Of a stretch of 64,000 nucleotides of DNA, positions 1-9,725 are shown piece after piece. Source of the stretch: an uncultured Bacteroidota bacterium (lineage in GTDB: Bacteria > Bacteroidota > Bacteroidia > Flavobacteriales > Flavobacteriaceae); the NCBI GenBank assembly GCA_903913315.1, contig CAIWKX010000121.1, forward strand, positions 11,001 through 75,000, in the 5' to 3' direction. How positions within the stretch are numbered: position 1 is the first letter of the stretch; every line of letters begins with the position of its first letter. A program made the position numbers and the translations under genes. The notes beneath the pieces were generated by a model. That model made no database searches and was not told where the DNA came from. It worked only from the letters and a program-made list of their open reading frames with translations.

Positions 1-1092
1 CGCCGGACTATATGTAGTTGTCGATTCAGTAATAGATGTAACTTTTACAGCATTTTTAACTCCATAAAAAGTAGGACCAACTACATACGGATAAACCGAA
101 TTATAATTAGCATCTACAGTACAAAAATAGGCATACGTTCCTGATGGATATTCTGGAGTGACACAAAAGCGTCCGTTATGAATATCCAAATACGTAGAAT
201 CACCTGTATGATCTATAAACTCATAATCTTCTTTAAAATAGCCCAAAGGATAAGTAGTACTAACAGCGGGACCAGCTGTTACCGTTGCCCCAGTATACAA
301 TGTTGTTCTAGTAGTAATAGATCGCAATTGAAAACTAGATTTCATTCGAACAACCCCACCTGTTCCATCTACATTAGCATAACCAAAAGCGCCATAAATA
401 GGATATCCGTCATAAGCAAATCCGATTAAGGGAGAATGTTGACTTGGATTAATAGTATATAATCCGTCGGAAGGATACAAGGAACAAATAGTAGAAAGCA
501 CATTCAAATCGGTATTAAAAGCGCTTGGATTTTGATGATGATGGTAATTTCCCATGGCTGGATGTGCTTTGGAACAATCAAATCCAACACGTTCCGCAAG
601 AACAGCATCCCTATTCCATACACCGTCTCCTGTACAAGGAGGATTAATAGGGCCACCACATAACGAACTTGTTGAATTTTTCCAAGAAACACCATCACGG
701 TAATCAAACAAAGCAACTCCATTAATAAAATTTCCAATATCTCCCCCTGTGGTCGCCGTTAATGTACCTGAATTCGCAGTAGGTGTCAATGGAAATTTAA
801 AAATAGCTCCCGCTTGAGAAGTAGCCAACGATGGATTTCCGTCTAAAAAAGGCCCCGTAATATAGGCCGGAATCCCATTAGTAGTAACATAAACCCAATT
901 AGTGGAATATTGCACAGTTTGCACATTGGCCAATGGTGTATCCACAATTGGAGTCGAATTTCCAGAGACAAAATGTCTTCCAGTGATACCTGTCGTATTT
1001 CTCAACCAACCAGTAATAGCTGGATTAGTTTGAGAAATCAGTAACATACAACTTGACATTGTAAAAAATAAGGTTAAAATGGACTTTTTCAT
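1..1092 (-). CDS. YHYH-domain secreted protein; C-terminus cut by window edge (N-terminal 364 codons visible)
   Basis: Absent from the ORF track because it runs off the edge. My translation from ATG 1092..1090 gives MKKSILTLFFTMSSCMLLISQTNPAITGW... and stays open to base 1. It contains GNYHHHQNP and FAYDGYPIYG, resembling the YHYH protein at 45217..46824. It starts 11 bp after the peroxidase gene. Confidence 0.7.
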   Translation of the reverse strand, partial: MKKSILTLFFTMSSCMLLISQTNPAITGWLRNTTGITGRHFVSGNSTPIVDTPLANVQTVQYSTNWVYVTTNGIPAYITGPFLDGNPSLATSQAGAIFKFPLTPTANSGTLTATTGGDIGNFINGVALFDYRDGVSWKNSTSSLCGGPINPPCTGDGVWNRDAVLAERVGFDCSKAHPAMGNYHHHQNPSAFNTDLNVLSTICSLYPSDGLYTINPSQHSPLIGFAYDGYPIYGAFGYANVDGTGGVVRMKSSFQLRSITTRTTLYTGATVTAGPAVSTTYPLGYFKEDYEFIDHTGDSTYLDIHNGRFCVTPEYPSGTYAYFCTVDANYNSVYPYVVGPTFYGVKNAVKVTSITESTTTYSPA

Positions 1093-1103
1093 AAATGTAT
1101 TGG

Positions 1104-2153
1104 TTAGTGATTTATATTCGATTTTGGATAACTATACTTCGGATTAAATAAAAACTCTTTATCAGTCAATGTAAAAAGAAAGGCTATCAAATCTTTCTTT
1201 TCATTTTCATTTAAGCGAATTGGTTTTTGTAACTCTTTGGCCAAGGTTTTCCTCTTTACTGTTCCATCGGTGTAAAAATTGATGACTTCACGTAATTTCT
1301 TAAATCTCCCATCATGCATGTAAGGATACGTAAACTCAATATTCCTTAAGGTAGGTACTCTAAAATTAAAACTGTCTTTTGGATTTTGAGTAATTGTAAC
1401 CCTTCCATAATCTTTATAATCAGCATCTAATGGTAATCCATTATCAGCAAAGCTATCATTAGTAAATAAAGGATCTCTATGACAACTAATACAGTTTTTT
1501 CGAAATAACTCATATCCGTTTTCTTCTTGTTCAGTATAGAAAATGTCTTTTTCATGACGCATTACTTTATCAAATTTAGAATTATATGTTTCTAATGACA
1601 CTGTGTATTGCGCAATTGATTTTAGTAAAGATTTAGTAGTTATAACACTATCGTTAAAAGCATTGTAAAATAATTCTTTGTATTTTTTAGAGTGATTTAA
1701 TTTATCTAAAACGTTAACTAAAGAATTATCCATCTCTAAGGGATTCGTAATTGGATTGATAGGTTGAACTTCTAAATTTATTACACCTCCATCCCAATGA
1801 AACAATTTAGTCCAAGCTAAATTCATAATTGGCATAGCGTTTCGTGTTCCAATTCGTCCCTCTATTCCATGACTTAAGGCATGATCTGTATGAGCAAAAC
1901 CAGTATATTGCAAATGACAACTTGCACAAGAAATCGTACTATCTCTTGAAATAATGGGGTCGTAAAATAATGTTCTGCCCAATTCAAATCCCTTCTCCGT
2001 TAATTCATTCTTTTTGAAATCGTAAACGGGTTTAGGCCATCCTTTAGGAACAAAAAAGGCTCCATAATAAATGCGACGGTCAGCTTTTGTCAATGAAAAC
2101 AACAAAAAGCTTACTAGCAATAAAGTCAATATAGTGAGTGCTCTTTTTTTCAA
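1104..2153 (-). CDS. Di-haem cytochrome c peroxidase, MauG/MbnH-like
   Basis: Signal peptide. Two CxxCH haem motifs (CASCH, CISCH). Length and spacing are typical of the CCP/MauG family. Same operon as an MbnP-like gene. Confidence 0.85.
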   Translation of the reverse strand: MKKRALTILTLLLVSFLLFSLTKADRRIYYGAFFVPKGWPKPVYDFKKNELTEKGFELGRTLFYDPIISRDSTISCASCHLQYTGFAHTDHALSHGIEGRIGTRNAMPIMNLAWTKLFHWDGGVINLEVQPINPITNPLEMDNSLVNVLDKLNHSKKYKELFYNAFNDSVITTKSLLKSIAQYTVSLETYNSKFDKVMRHEKDIFYTEQEENGYELFRKNCISCHRDPLFTNDSFADNGLPLDADYKDYGRVTITQNPKDSFNFRVPTLRNIEFTYPYMHDGRFKKLREVINFYTDGTVKRKTLAKELQKPIRLNENEKKDLIAFLFTLTDKEFLFNPKYSYPKSNINH

Positions 2154-2167
2154 ATTACTATTTACTT

Positions 2168-2782
2168 TTAATCCATGATTTGAAGTTGTCCTCTAAAAAA
2201 TATTCTACAACCAAATGATTCTGATTTAGGTGTTGAAACTTCTTTATTTTGCAACAACTCATCTACTGCATCTGTCAAAAAATGATGTTTTGCTTTTTCG
2301 GGCTCACCTGCATTATCATCAATGGCTCCTTGATATTTTATAACAAACTTTCCCGATTTATTTTTCCAAATAACAAAGGCTTGTGGGGTATGAGTAGCTT
2401 TAAATTCTTTAGCAATATTTTGCTTCTTGTCTTGCAAATAAGGGAAAGTCAATTGTTCTTTTTTTACTTTCTTCTGCATTAGTTTGAACGATTCTTCTGC
2501 GTAAGCTAAAGTATCCATTGAATTCACTGCTAATAGCCGTACTCCCATTTTTTTATACTTGGCATCCATATGATTCAATCTTTGAGAATAAAACTTTGCC
2601 ATCGGACATTTGTTACAAGTGAAAACCACAATAAATCCTTTCGCTTCTTTATAATCTGAAAGCGAAACCCATTGATTAGTAGTAGCACTTTTTAATTTAA
2701 AATTGAAAACTATAGTACTTCTATCAATAAAAGTAGAACTGCATAGAATCAAAGCAAATATAACAAGCAGTAGCTTTTTCAT
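2168..2782 (-). CDS. Thioredoxin-fold (TlpA/redoxin-like) periplasmic protein
   Basis: Signal peptide. CNKCP (CxxC) motif after a beta-strand (FIVVFTCNKCP). About 200 aa. Confidence 0.7.
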   Translation of the reverse strand: MKKLLLVIFALILCSSTFIDRSTIVFNFKLKSATTNQWVSLSDYKEAKGFIVVFTCNKCPMAKFYSQRLNHMDAKYKKMGVRLLAVNSMDTLAYAEESFKLMQKKVKKEQLTFPYLQDKKQNIAKEFKATHTPQAFVIWKNKSGKFVIKYQGAIDDNAGEPEKAKHHFLTDAVDELLQNKEVSTPKSESFGCRIFFRGQLQIMD

Positions 2783-2785
2783 AGT

Positions 2786-4510
2786 TTATTTTTTTATAAA
2801 CTTTTTGGTGGTCACACTTTTAGTTTGCTTATCCATCATTTGAAAGGTATAAACACCTGTTTCTAAAGAAGAAATATCTATTCCATTTTTCCATTCAGGT
2901 TGCGGCAGCATAATAACAACCCTACCTTCTATCGTTGAAATTGTAACATAATATATCTCTACTGAAGTATCTTTTAAAGTAACAAACAATGTATTATTTG
3001 CTGGATTTGGATACAAACTAAATGCAGTATTTGGTGCATTTTCGTTAATTGACAAAGGAGCAGAAACAATAAATTGTCCCATCATGCCGCCATCTTCATG
3101 ACCTCCAAAATGACAATGGTACATATAGGGATGGTTAACATCCGAATCTGCAAAGTCATCAAATTTTGCAACAAAAGTCACTGATTCATTTATAGGTAAA
3201 TAAAAAGTATCCTTCCAGCCTGACTCATAACTTCCTACATTAGCTGCGGAGCCATTTCTTGCTACAATTTTAAACTCTATATCATGAATGTGAAAGGAAT
3301 GCCCGAAAACATTGCTATTAGTTACAGTCCATTTTTCTATGTCATTAAGATTAACCGTTTTATTAATCGTTAACAAATCAAAGGAAGTGTTATCAAAATT
3401 AAATGGAACACTTGAAGGACCTGGATTCCCATTAGTGACCGCTACTGATCGAGTTACAGTAGCATCCGAAGCTGCCCAGTAGGTATTACTAGCTAATGTT
3501 GACGGTACTGCTGTAATTGGAGTAGTTGAAGTAGTCGTGGCAGCCACATTAATATGTAATACTGAAAAGTCTACATTATTTAACAAACTACCAAAATTTC
3601 CAGAACTATTAGGCTCACCTCCAGGAAATCCGAAAGCCTGGCCCGAGTTATAAGCTTTCAAGTCAATGCTTGAACCAACAGTATCACTTCCTAAATCCAC
3701 CATAATTTCGACACGTTCTCCTACAAGCAATTTAACTCTTGTTACTGCAACAGGAGCATTTAATAGCCCTCCATCATTCCCTATTATGTAAAAGGTTCTG
3801 TTATCACTAAAACCTAAATTATACCCTCTTTCAATCTCTGCATTTAAAATTCGCATTCTAACAAATTGTTTGGGCAAACTATATTGGGCACTTGGAGTTC
3901 CATTTGTCAGCATATAATCTCCATAAACACGAGTGGATGTTGGTGGTGTAACAAAGGTATTAGTAGTCGCATTATAACTTCTACTGGTCAAGGCTAAAAC
4001 AATATCATCAACTCCATAGGTTCTTGGTAAAGCTAAAGCCGATTCTTGCGGATCTTTTACAATGATAAAGCCGCCAACTCCTTTAGTCATTTGCTCTTGT
4101 GTAGATTGATGCAAATGCGGATGATACCATAACGTAGTAGCTTGATTCATCACGGTCCAGTAGGGTTGCCAAAGTGTTCCTGAAGGAATGACTTGGTGTG
4201 GGCCTCCATCCATTACAGCAGGTAAATGCATACCATGCCAATGCAATGTAGTGGATTCATTCAAATTATTAGTCACATTAACATGTATTAAATCACCTTT
4301 ATTGACAAATAGCGTTGGCCCCCAAAAAGTTTCATTATTAATTGATCCTGTGACCGTTTGATTTCCTGAAACTAATTGTTTAGTACTTTCGTGAATATTC
4401 AAATCAAAAGTGGTCCCATAAAGAGCTTCGGGCATTGACATATTGTTGTACTGTGCCTTAATACAGTTGGAAAGCAGACTAATAAAAATTAAAGACAATA
4501 CTTTTTTCAT
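2786..4510 (-). CDS. Multicopper oxidase (laccase/CueO-like) with T9SS C-terminal sorting domain
   Basis: Copper-site motifs HWHGMHLP, WYHPH, HSFHIHD and HCHFGGHEDGGMMG. The C-terminal ~80 aa (FSLYPNPANNTLFV...GVYTFQM) looks like a Por secretion tail. Confidence 0.85.
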   Translation of the reverse strand: MKKVLSLIFISLLSNCIKAQYNNMSMPEALYGTTFDLNIHESTKQLVSGNQTVTGSINNETFWGPTLFVNKGDLIHVNVTNNLNESTTLHWHGMHLPAVMDGGPHQVIPSGTLWQPYWTVMNQATTLWYHPHLHQSTQEQMTKGVGGFIIVKDPQESALALPRTYGVDDIVLALTSRSYNATTNTFVTPPTSTRVYGDYMLTNGTPSAQYSLPKQFVRMRILNAEIERGYNLGFSDNRTFYIIGNDGGLLNAPVAVTRVKLLVGERVEIMVDLGSDTVGSSIDLKAYNSGQAFGFPGGEPNSSGNFGSLLNNVDFSVLHINVAATTTSTTPITAVPSTLASNTYWAASDATVTRSVAVTNGNPGPSSVPFNFDNTSFDLLTINKTVNLNDIEKWTVTNSNVFGHSFHIHDIEFKIVARNGSAANVGSYESGWKDTFYLPINESVTFVAKFDDFADSDVNHPYMYHCHFGGHEDGGMMGQFIVSAPLSINENAPNTAFSLYPNPANNTLFVTLKDTSVEIYYVTISTIEGRVVIMLPQPEWKNGIDISSLETGVYTFQMMDKQTKSVTTKKFIKK

Positions 4511-4522
4511 GTTTTTTAATGT

Positions 4523-5227
4523 TTAATTTACGGTGAACATATTTTTATACAACTGAGACATCGCAATTGCTTTAGCCCCCGGTATCATAATAGCAGTAGT
4601 TTCATGCAAAGAAACTTCATTTAACCACGTACTTAAATCCATTTTAATATGTAGTGTTGTTGACTGGTCAGGGACCATCAAACTCACTTCTTGCAACGCA
4701 CTTTGACTAGGTAAATAACCACCAATGTGAAATTGAAAGTCATTTTTTACTGTTTTACAACTCGAACTCCTGCCCTCTAATTTCATATTAATATAACCCG
4801 AATTCCAAGCCCAATACATTCCTAATGAAGGGTCTAAATCACCTGTTAAGTCACCGGAAACATTTGTCAAACTATCAATTCCTATTTGGAATCGAATTTT
4901 TTTAATCTTCAAATCGGGAGCATTCTTAATTTGAAATTGCAAGGTGTTTATTTCGTCTAAATTAATTAAGTGAACACTATTAAGCTCTTTATATTCAGTT
5001 CCATCATCATAATATAATACCACATTGGAAATATAAAACTTTAAGGTGGTGATAGAAAGTGTATCGTTTTTTGCAGTGATGTATTTTGCAGTATTCAAAA
5101 CTAAAGCTTCCTTATCAAAGCTTGGTTCAATAGAAAATAGAATGTCTTTCCTTTCTACTTTAATTTGAAAAGAAAGACAGATCAATGCAATAATCGCAGC
5201 AAAAAAAATAACTAACTTTCTATACAT
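4523..5227 (-). CDS. MbnP-family (copper-binding partner of MbnH) protein
   Basis: N-terminal signal/anchor. LKFYISNVVLYYDDGTEY, GMYWAWNSGYINMKLEG and FHIGG segments match my recollection of MbnP-family proteins. Co-operonic with a MauG/MbnH-like peroxidase. Confidence 0.6.
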   Translation of the reverse strand: MYRKLVIFFAAIIALICLSFQIKVERKDILFSIEPSFDKEALVLNTAKYITAKNDTLSITTLKFYISNVVLYYDDGTEYKELNSVHLINLDEINTLQFQIKNAPDLKIKKIRFQIGIDSLTNVSGDLTGDLDPSLGMYWAWNSGYINMKLEGRSSSCKTVKNDFQFHIGGYLPSQSALQEVSLMVPDQSTTLHIKMDLSTWLNEVSLHETTAIMIPGAKAIAMSQLYKNMFTVN

Positions 5228-5230
5228 ATA

Positions 5231-5734
5231 TTAAGGTCTTGGCGGAGGCGGAGGTCCATCGCCCCCTCCCATTCTAGATGGCGGACCTTGACCTTCTCGT
5301 TGTTTTGACCCCATCATTCTAGCGGCCTCTTTGATGATTTTATCAAATAGTTGCTTTTGTTTTTCATCACATATAGCTCTCACTTTTTTAAAATGATAAA
5401 ACATAGCGAGCTCTTCTTTCTCTTTGATTTTCAAAATTTCAGCAGCCGCATTTCTAACGGTTACTGAATCGACACTTGGGTTTTTCAATAATTCCAAGTA
5501 AGCATCGTGCTTTTCTTTATCCATTTCTTGTAAAGCTTCTTTGGCTTCATGATGCTCTCTCTTTAAAGCTTCAAATTGTTCTCTTTGTTTTGCTGTAAAC
5601 TGTAATTCTTTTGAAAAAAAATCTCCAACAGCATCTTTTTTAGGTGGTCTATGCAACCACATGAATGAAATCGTACTTAAATTGATCAGCAATAAAAGTA
5701 CAATTACAATTTTTAAAAATTTAGAATTGTTCAT
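5231..5734 (-). CDS. Membrane-anchored Spy/CpxP/CnrX-like periplasmic sensor (periplasmic heavy metal sensor family)
   Basis: One N-terminal TM segment, then a charged helical region with an LTxxQ-like FTAKQREQFEALKREHHEAK. Gly/Pro-rich tail GGGDGPPPPPRP. Sits directly after the sigma/anti-sigma pair. Confidence 0.55.
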   Translation of the reverse strand: MNNSKFLKIVIVLLLLINLSTISFMWLHRPPKKDAVGDFFSKELQFTAKQREQFEALKREHHEAKEALQEMDKEKHDAYLELLKNPSVDSVTVRNAAAEILKIKEKEELAMFYHFKKVRAICDEKQKQLFDKIIKEAARMMGSKQREGQGPPSRMGGGDGPPPPPRP

Positions 5735-5745
5735 ACTAGTTTGTT

Positions 5746-6030
5746 TTAATAATCACTTGAAAAATATTCTTTATACACTACATTCTTTTCATTGCTTACC
5801 GAACTGGTCGTTTTAGTATTCTTAGAATATTGTGTAATCGAAACCAAATTAATACCCAACAAAACTAGTACACTAGCTGCAATAGTCCATTTTTGAATAG
5901 CGCTCAATCTGATTTCTTTTTGTTTTGAATAGTTCACTAAAGAAGAACTCAAAGTCAAAGGAACTTCTATCCTTTGAAGTGTATCCAAGGAGTGTAAAGT
6001 TTCTTCTATCCAATTTTCTTTTGTGTTCAT
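5746..6030 (-). CDS. Putative small single-TM anti-sigma factor
   Basis: 94 aa with a single hydrophobic segment (WTIAASVLVLLGINLVSI). Starts 36 bp after the ECF sigma gene. Called from position and architecture only. Confidence 0.4.
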   Translation of the reverse strand: MNTKENWIEETLHSLDTLQRIEVPLTLSSSLVNYSKQKEIRLSAIQKWTIAASVLVLLGINLVSITQYSKNTKTTSSVSNEKNVVYKEYFSSDY

Positions 6031-6066
6031 AATACTATAGATGTTATTTGTTTAAAAAACTTGTGG

Positions 6067-6654
6067 TTACTTTTCATTTTCTTCATAATAAATGGACAAA
6101 TGCTTCTTCAAATTCTGTTTCCCTCTGAAAAGCAACGACTCTACTGCCGATAAAGATAATTGCATAATGTCCGCTATTTCATTATAACTAACTTGCTCCA
6201 TCTTATGCAGAATATAAGCAGTCCGCTGCTGTTCTGGCAGTAAATCAATTGCCTTAAATAATATTTTGGCACGCTCCTGATTTTCTAATTGAATTCCAGG
6301 ATGAATAAAATCGGAATGGTTTTCGATAGCTCGTTCTCCATCAGAAGAGAAAATTGATTTAAAAATTCCAAAACGTTTCTTCCTGCTTTTCTTTCTTATA
6401 AACTCCAAACATTTATTAACTGTTATTCGGTAAATCCAAGTGGAAAGAGAAGATTCTTCTTTGAATTCTTTACTATTTAAATGAATGGCTATAAAGATAT
6501 CTTGCGTCACATCTTCAGCATCTTCTCTATTCTGAAGCATTCCAATACAGGTATTGTACACCTTTTTGGAAAACAAATCCACAAGTAATTGAAACGCCTT
6601 TTCGTCGTTCTTCTTCAGTAGTAGGATGAGTTCTTTTTCTTCCAAAGAGTTCAA
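6067..6654 (-). CDS. ECF-type RNA polymerase sigma-70 factor
   Basis: Region 2 (EDAEDVTQDIFIAI...LSTWIYRITVNKCLEFIRK) and region 4 (LPEQQRTAYILHKMEQVSYNEIADIM) are recognisable. The only available start is TTG at 6654, with an in-frame TAA 8 codons upstream and no ATG between. Confidence 0.85.
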   Translation of the reverse strand: MNSLEEKELILLLKKNDEKAFQLLVDLFSKKVYNTCIGMLQNREDAEDVTQDIFIAIHLNSKEFKEESSLSTWIYRITVNKCLEFIRKKSRKKRFGIFKSIFSSDGERAIENHSDFIHPGIQLENQERAKILFKAIDLLPEQQRTAYILHKMEQVSYNEIADIMQLSLSAVESLLFRGKQNLKKHLSIYYEENEK

Positions 6655-6840
6655 TTTAAATTTTAGATGCTCCTTTTAATAAAAACTTGTGTTGCTTTTT
6701 GAACCATTAATAAATTAAGCCGCATTAAAAACAAATCCTTAATTTTCTTACTGGTTTATACTTATTACCAAATGTAGAATAAAATAATCACTAATCAAAT
6801 TTGTGAATTGTTCAATACTAATTGTCATTCGAGAAATGAT

Positions 6841-6848
6841 TACATTTG
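6841..6848 (+). promoter_or_regulatory. Candidate Bacteroidota -7 promoter box (TACATTTG) for uvrA
   Basis: Matches the TAnnTTTG consensus. Lies 20 nt upstream of ATG 6868. Confidence 0.4.
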
Positions 6849-6867
6849 CAAAAATTCGTTTTTTGCT

Positions 6868-9657
6868 ATGATTACAAAAGATATTTCGACATTAGAACCC
6901 AAGAAAAACATATTAATAAAAGGGGCTGCTATTCACAATTTAAAAAATTTGGATGTCGCCATTCCTCGAAACAAACTTGTAGTGATTACTGGACTTTCAG
7001 GCTCTGGAAAATCATCTTTAGCATTTGATACGTTATATGCAGAAGGACAACGTCGGTATGTAGAAAGTCTATCATCGTATGCACGTCAATTCTTGGGCAG
7101 ATTGGACAAACCTAAAGTGGAATACATCAAAGGAATCGCGCCAGCGATAGCCATAGAGCAAAAAGTAAACACCACCAATGCCCGTTCAACAGTTGGAACA
7201 TCAACTGAAATATACGATTACTTAAAATTACTTTTCGCTCGAATTGGGAAAACCATTTCGCCCGTATCGGGCAACGAAGTGCGAAAAGATACCGTTTCAG
7301 ATGTTATTAATAAAGTAAAAACTTTCGAATTGGACAGCCGTTGGCTGCTCCTCGCTCCTATTCATCTAGAACAAGGTAGAAAACTAGAAGACAAACTAAA
7401 AGTACTCTTGCAACAAGGTTTTGCTCGGATATTAGTCAATAACGAAATGGTACGTTTGGATGACATCGACCAACATTCTTTTGATAACAAAGACATTCTA
7501 TTAATTATCGATAGAATCATCGTTAAAGACGAAGAAGAATTCTTTAATCGTCTATCCGATGCCATTCAAACAGCGTTCTTTGAAGGAAAAGGAATTTGTT
7601 TTTTGCAAGATCTAAAAGACAACTCTCGTCTGGAATTCAGTGCTAATTTTGAATTGGATGGCATGATGTTTTTAGAACCTAATGTACACTTGTTCAGCTT
7701 TAACAATCCGTATGGGGCATGCCCTACCTGTGAAGGTTACGGAAACATTATTGGTATTGACGAAGATTTGGTCATTCCCAATGCTGCCTTATCCCTATTT
7801 GAAAATGCAATCTATCCTTGGCGTGGTGAAAGCATGGGTTGGTATCGTGACGAATTGGTCAATAAAGCCTACAAGTTTGATTTCCCTATTCACAAACCGT
7901 ATTTCGAGTTATCACAAGAGCAAAAAGAACTGGTTTGGAACGGAAACCAATACTTTCAAGGTTTGAATGATTTCTTTAAAGAACTAGAAGAAAAGAATTA
8001 TAAAATACAAAACCGTGTGATGTTATCGCGTTACCGTGGTAAAACCAAATGTACAACCTGTAAAGGCAAACGACTTCGTGCAGAAGCCAATTACATAAAA
8101 GTGGGTGGCAAGACTATTTCTGATTTAGTGGATTTACCCATCAAACGTTTGATTCCCTTTTTTGCTGAATTACAATTATCCGAATACGACACTACAGTTT
8201 CCAAACGTTTATTAATAGAAATCAACAGCAGATTGGCTTTTTTAAGCAATGTTGGATTGAATTATCTAACCTTGAATAGAAATTCAGCAACTCTTTCGGG
8301 AGGAGAATCACAACGAATCAACTTGGCAACTTCATTAGGAAGTAGCTTGGTGGGTTCGATGTATATCTTGGACGAACCAAGTATCGGTTTGCATCCCAAA
8401 GACACTGAATTATTGATTGAAGTACTAAAAAACCTTCGCGATTTAGGCAATACTGTTATTGTGGTCGAACACGATGAAGACATCATGAAACAAGCCGATA
8501 TGATTATCGATATTGGTCCTGAAGCCGGAACACATGGGGGCGAATTAGTCGCGCAAGGTACGTTTGACGAAATTCTACAAGCGGATTCACTAACCGCAAA
8601 ATACTTGAATGGCTCTTTAGAAATAAAAGTACCAAGGACCCGCAGAAAATGGAATACCTATATTGATATTTTAGGAGCACGTGAAAACAATTTACAAAAC
8701 CTAGACGTTCGATTTCCATTGGAATGTTTAACGGTCATTACAGGGGTTTCAGGTAGTGGTAAAAGTACTTTGGTAAAGAAAATACTTTTTCCTGCTATTC
8801 AAAAGAAATTGGAAGGTGTGAGTGAAAAAGCAGGACAATATTCCGACATGCAGGGGCATTACCACCGCATTCATCATATTGAATATGTGGATCAAAATCC
8901 AATCGGACGAAGTTCGCGTTCCAACCCAGTGACGTATATCAAAGCTTATGACGATATTCGTGATTTGTTTGCCAAATCGAAACTGTCTAAAATTCGAGGC
9001 TACTTACCAAAACACTTTTCATTTAATGTCGATGGCGGTCGTTGTGAAACCTGCAAAGGTGACGGTTCCATCAATGTAGAAATGGTGTTTATGGCCGACG
9101 TAGAATTGCCTTGCGAAACCTGTGGCGGCAAACGTTTCAAGAAAGAAATATTGGAAGTAACGGTAGAGGGCAAAAATATTGACGATATTCTAACCATGAC
9201 CATAGACGATGCTATTTCGTTTTTCAGCGAACACAACCAGACTAAAATCATGCAGAAATTACAACCCTTGCAAGATGTTGGTTTAGGATATGTGCAATTA
9301 GGTCAATCGTCTTCTACCCTTTCAGGTGGTGAAGCACAACGTATCAAACTCGCGTCGTTTTTGGTAAAAGGCAACACCAAAGACAAAGCTTTGTTTGTGT
9401 TTGATGAACCTACTACAGGATTGCATTTTCACGATATCAAAAAACTCTTGGCTTCTTTTGATGCCTTGATTGACAAAGGCCACTCGATATTGGTGGTAGA
9501 ACACAACCTCGACTTAATTAAATGTGCTGATTGGATTATTGACCTCGGACCCGAAGGTGGCGAAAACGGAGGTCAACTCTTAGCCGAAGGCACTCCAGAA
9601 GAGGTAGCTAAAAATAAGAAATCGATTACTGGGAAGTATTTGAAGGAGAAGTTGTAA
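6868..9657 (+). CDS. uvrA: Excinuclease ABC subunit A
   Basis: Two Walker A motifs ([18 protein letters not shown]), LSGGE signatures and four CxxC zinc modules. Start moved from the track TTG 6808 to ATG 6868 ([20 protein letters not shown]). Confidence 0.95.
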   Translation: MITKDISTLEPKKNILIKGAAIHNLKNLDVAIPRNKLVVITGLSGSGKSSLAFDTLYAEGQRRYVESLSSYARQFLGRLDKPKVEYIKGIAPAIAIEQKVNTTNARSTVGTSTEIYDYLKLLFARIGKTISPVSGNEVRKDTVSDVINKVKTFELDSRWLLLAPIHLEQGRKLEDKLKVLLQQGFARILVNNEMVRLDDIDQHSFDNKDILLIIDRIIVKDEEEFFNRLSDAIQTAFFEGKGICFLQDLKDNSRLEFSANFELDGMMFLEPNVHLFSFNNPYGACPTCEGYGNIIGIDEDLVIPNAALSLFENAIYPWRGESMGWYRDELVNKAYKFDFPIHKPYFELSQEQKELVWNGNQYFQGLNDFFKELEEKNYKIQNRVMLSRYRGKTKCTTCKGKRLRAEANYIKVGGKTISDLVDLPIKRLIPFFAELQLSEYDTTVSKRLLIEINSRLAFLSNVGLNYLTLNRNSATLSGGESQRINLATSLGSSLVGSMYILDEPSIGLHPKDTELLIEVLKNLRDLGNTVIVVEHDEDIMKQADMIIDIGPEAGTHGGELVAQGTFDEILQADSLTAKYLNGSLEIKVPRTRRKWNTYIDILGARENNLQNLDVRFPLECLTVITGVSGSGKSTLVKKILFPAIQKKLEGVSEKAGQYSDMQGHYHRIHHIEYVDQNPIGRSSRSNPVTYIKAYDDIRDLFAKSKLSKIRGYLPKHFSFNVDGGRCETCKGDGSINVEMVFMADVELPCETCGGKRFKKEILEVTVEGKNIDDILTMTIDDAISFFSEHNQTKIMQKLQPLQDVGLGYVQLGQSSSTLSGGEAQRIKLASFLVKGNTKDKALFVFDEPTTGLHFHDIKKLLASFDALIDKGHSILVVEHNLDLIKCADWIIDLGPEGGENGGQLLAEGTPEEVAKNKKSITGKYLKEKL

Positions 9658-9725
9658 AATCAAGTAAAAAAAATTCGCAAAGTCATTTTTTTTGAAAACT
9701 TTATTCGGAGTGCACCGTGTTGAAA

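Noticed and set aside
178-737. Track ORFs 178..429 (+) and 504..737 (-)
   Set aside because: Both lie inside the 1..1092 minus-strand YHYH gene, on the other strand or in another frame. That gene has a signal peptide and family motifs and stays open to the window edge.
6808-6867. TTG-initiated 20-codon N-terminal extension of uvrA
   Set aside because: The extension (MFNTNCHSRNDYICKNSFFA) covers the candidate -7 promoter box. ATG 6868 gives the canonical UvrA N-terminus.
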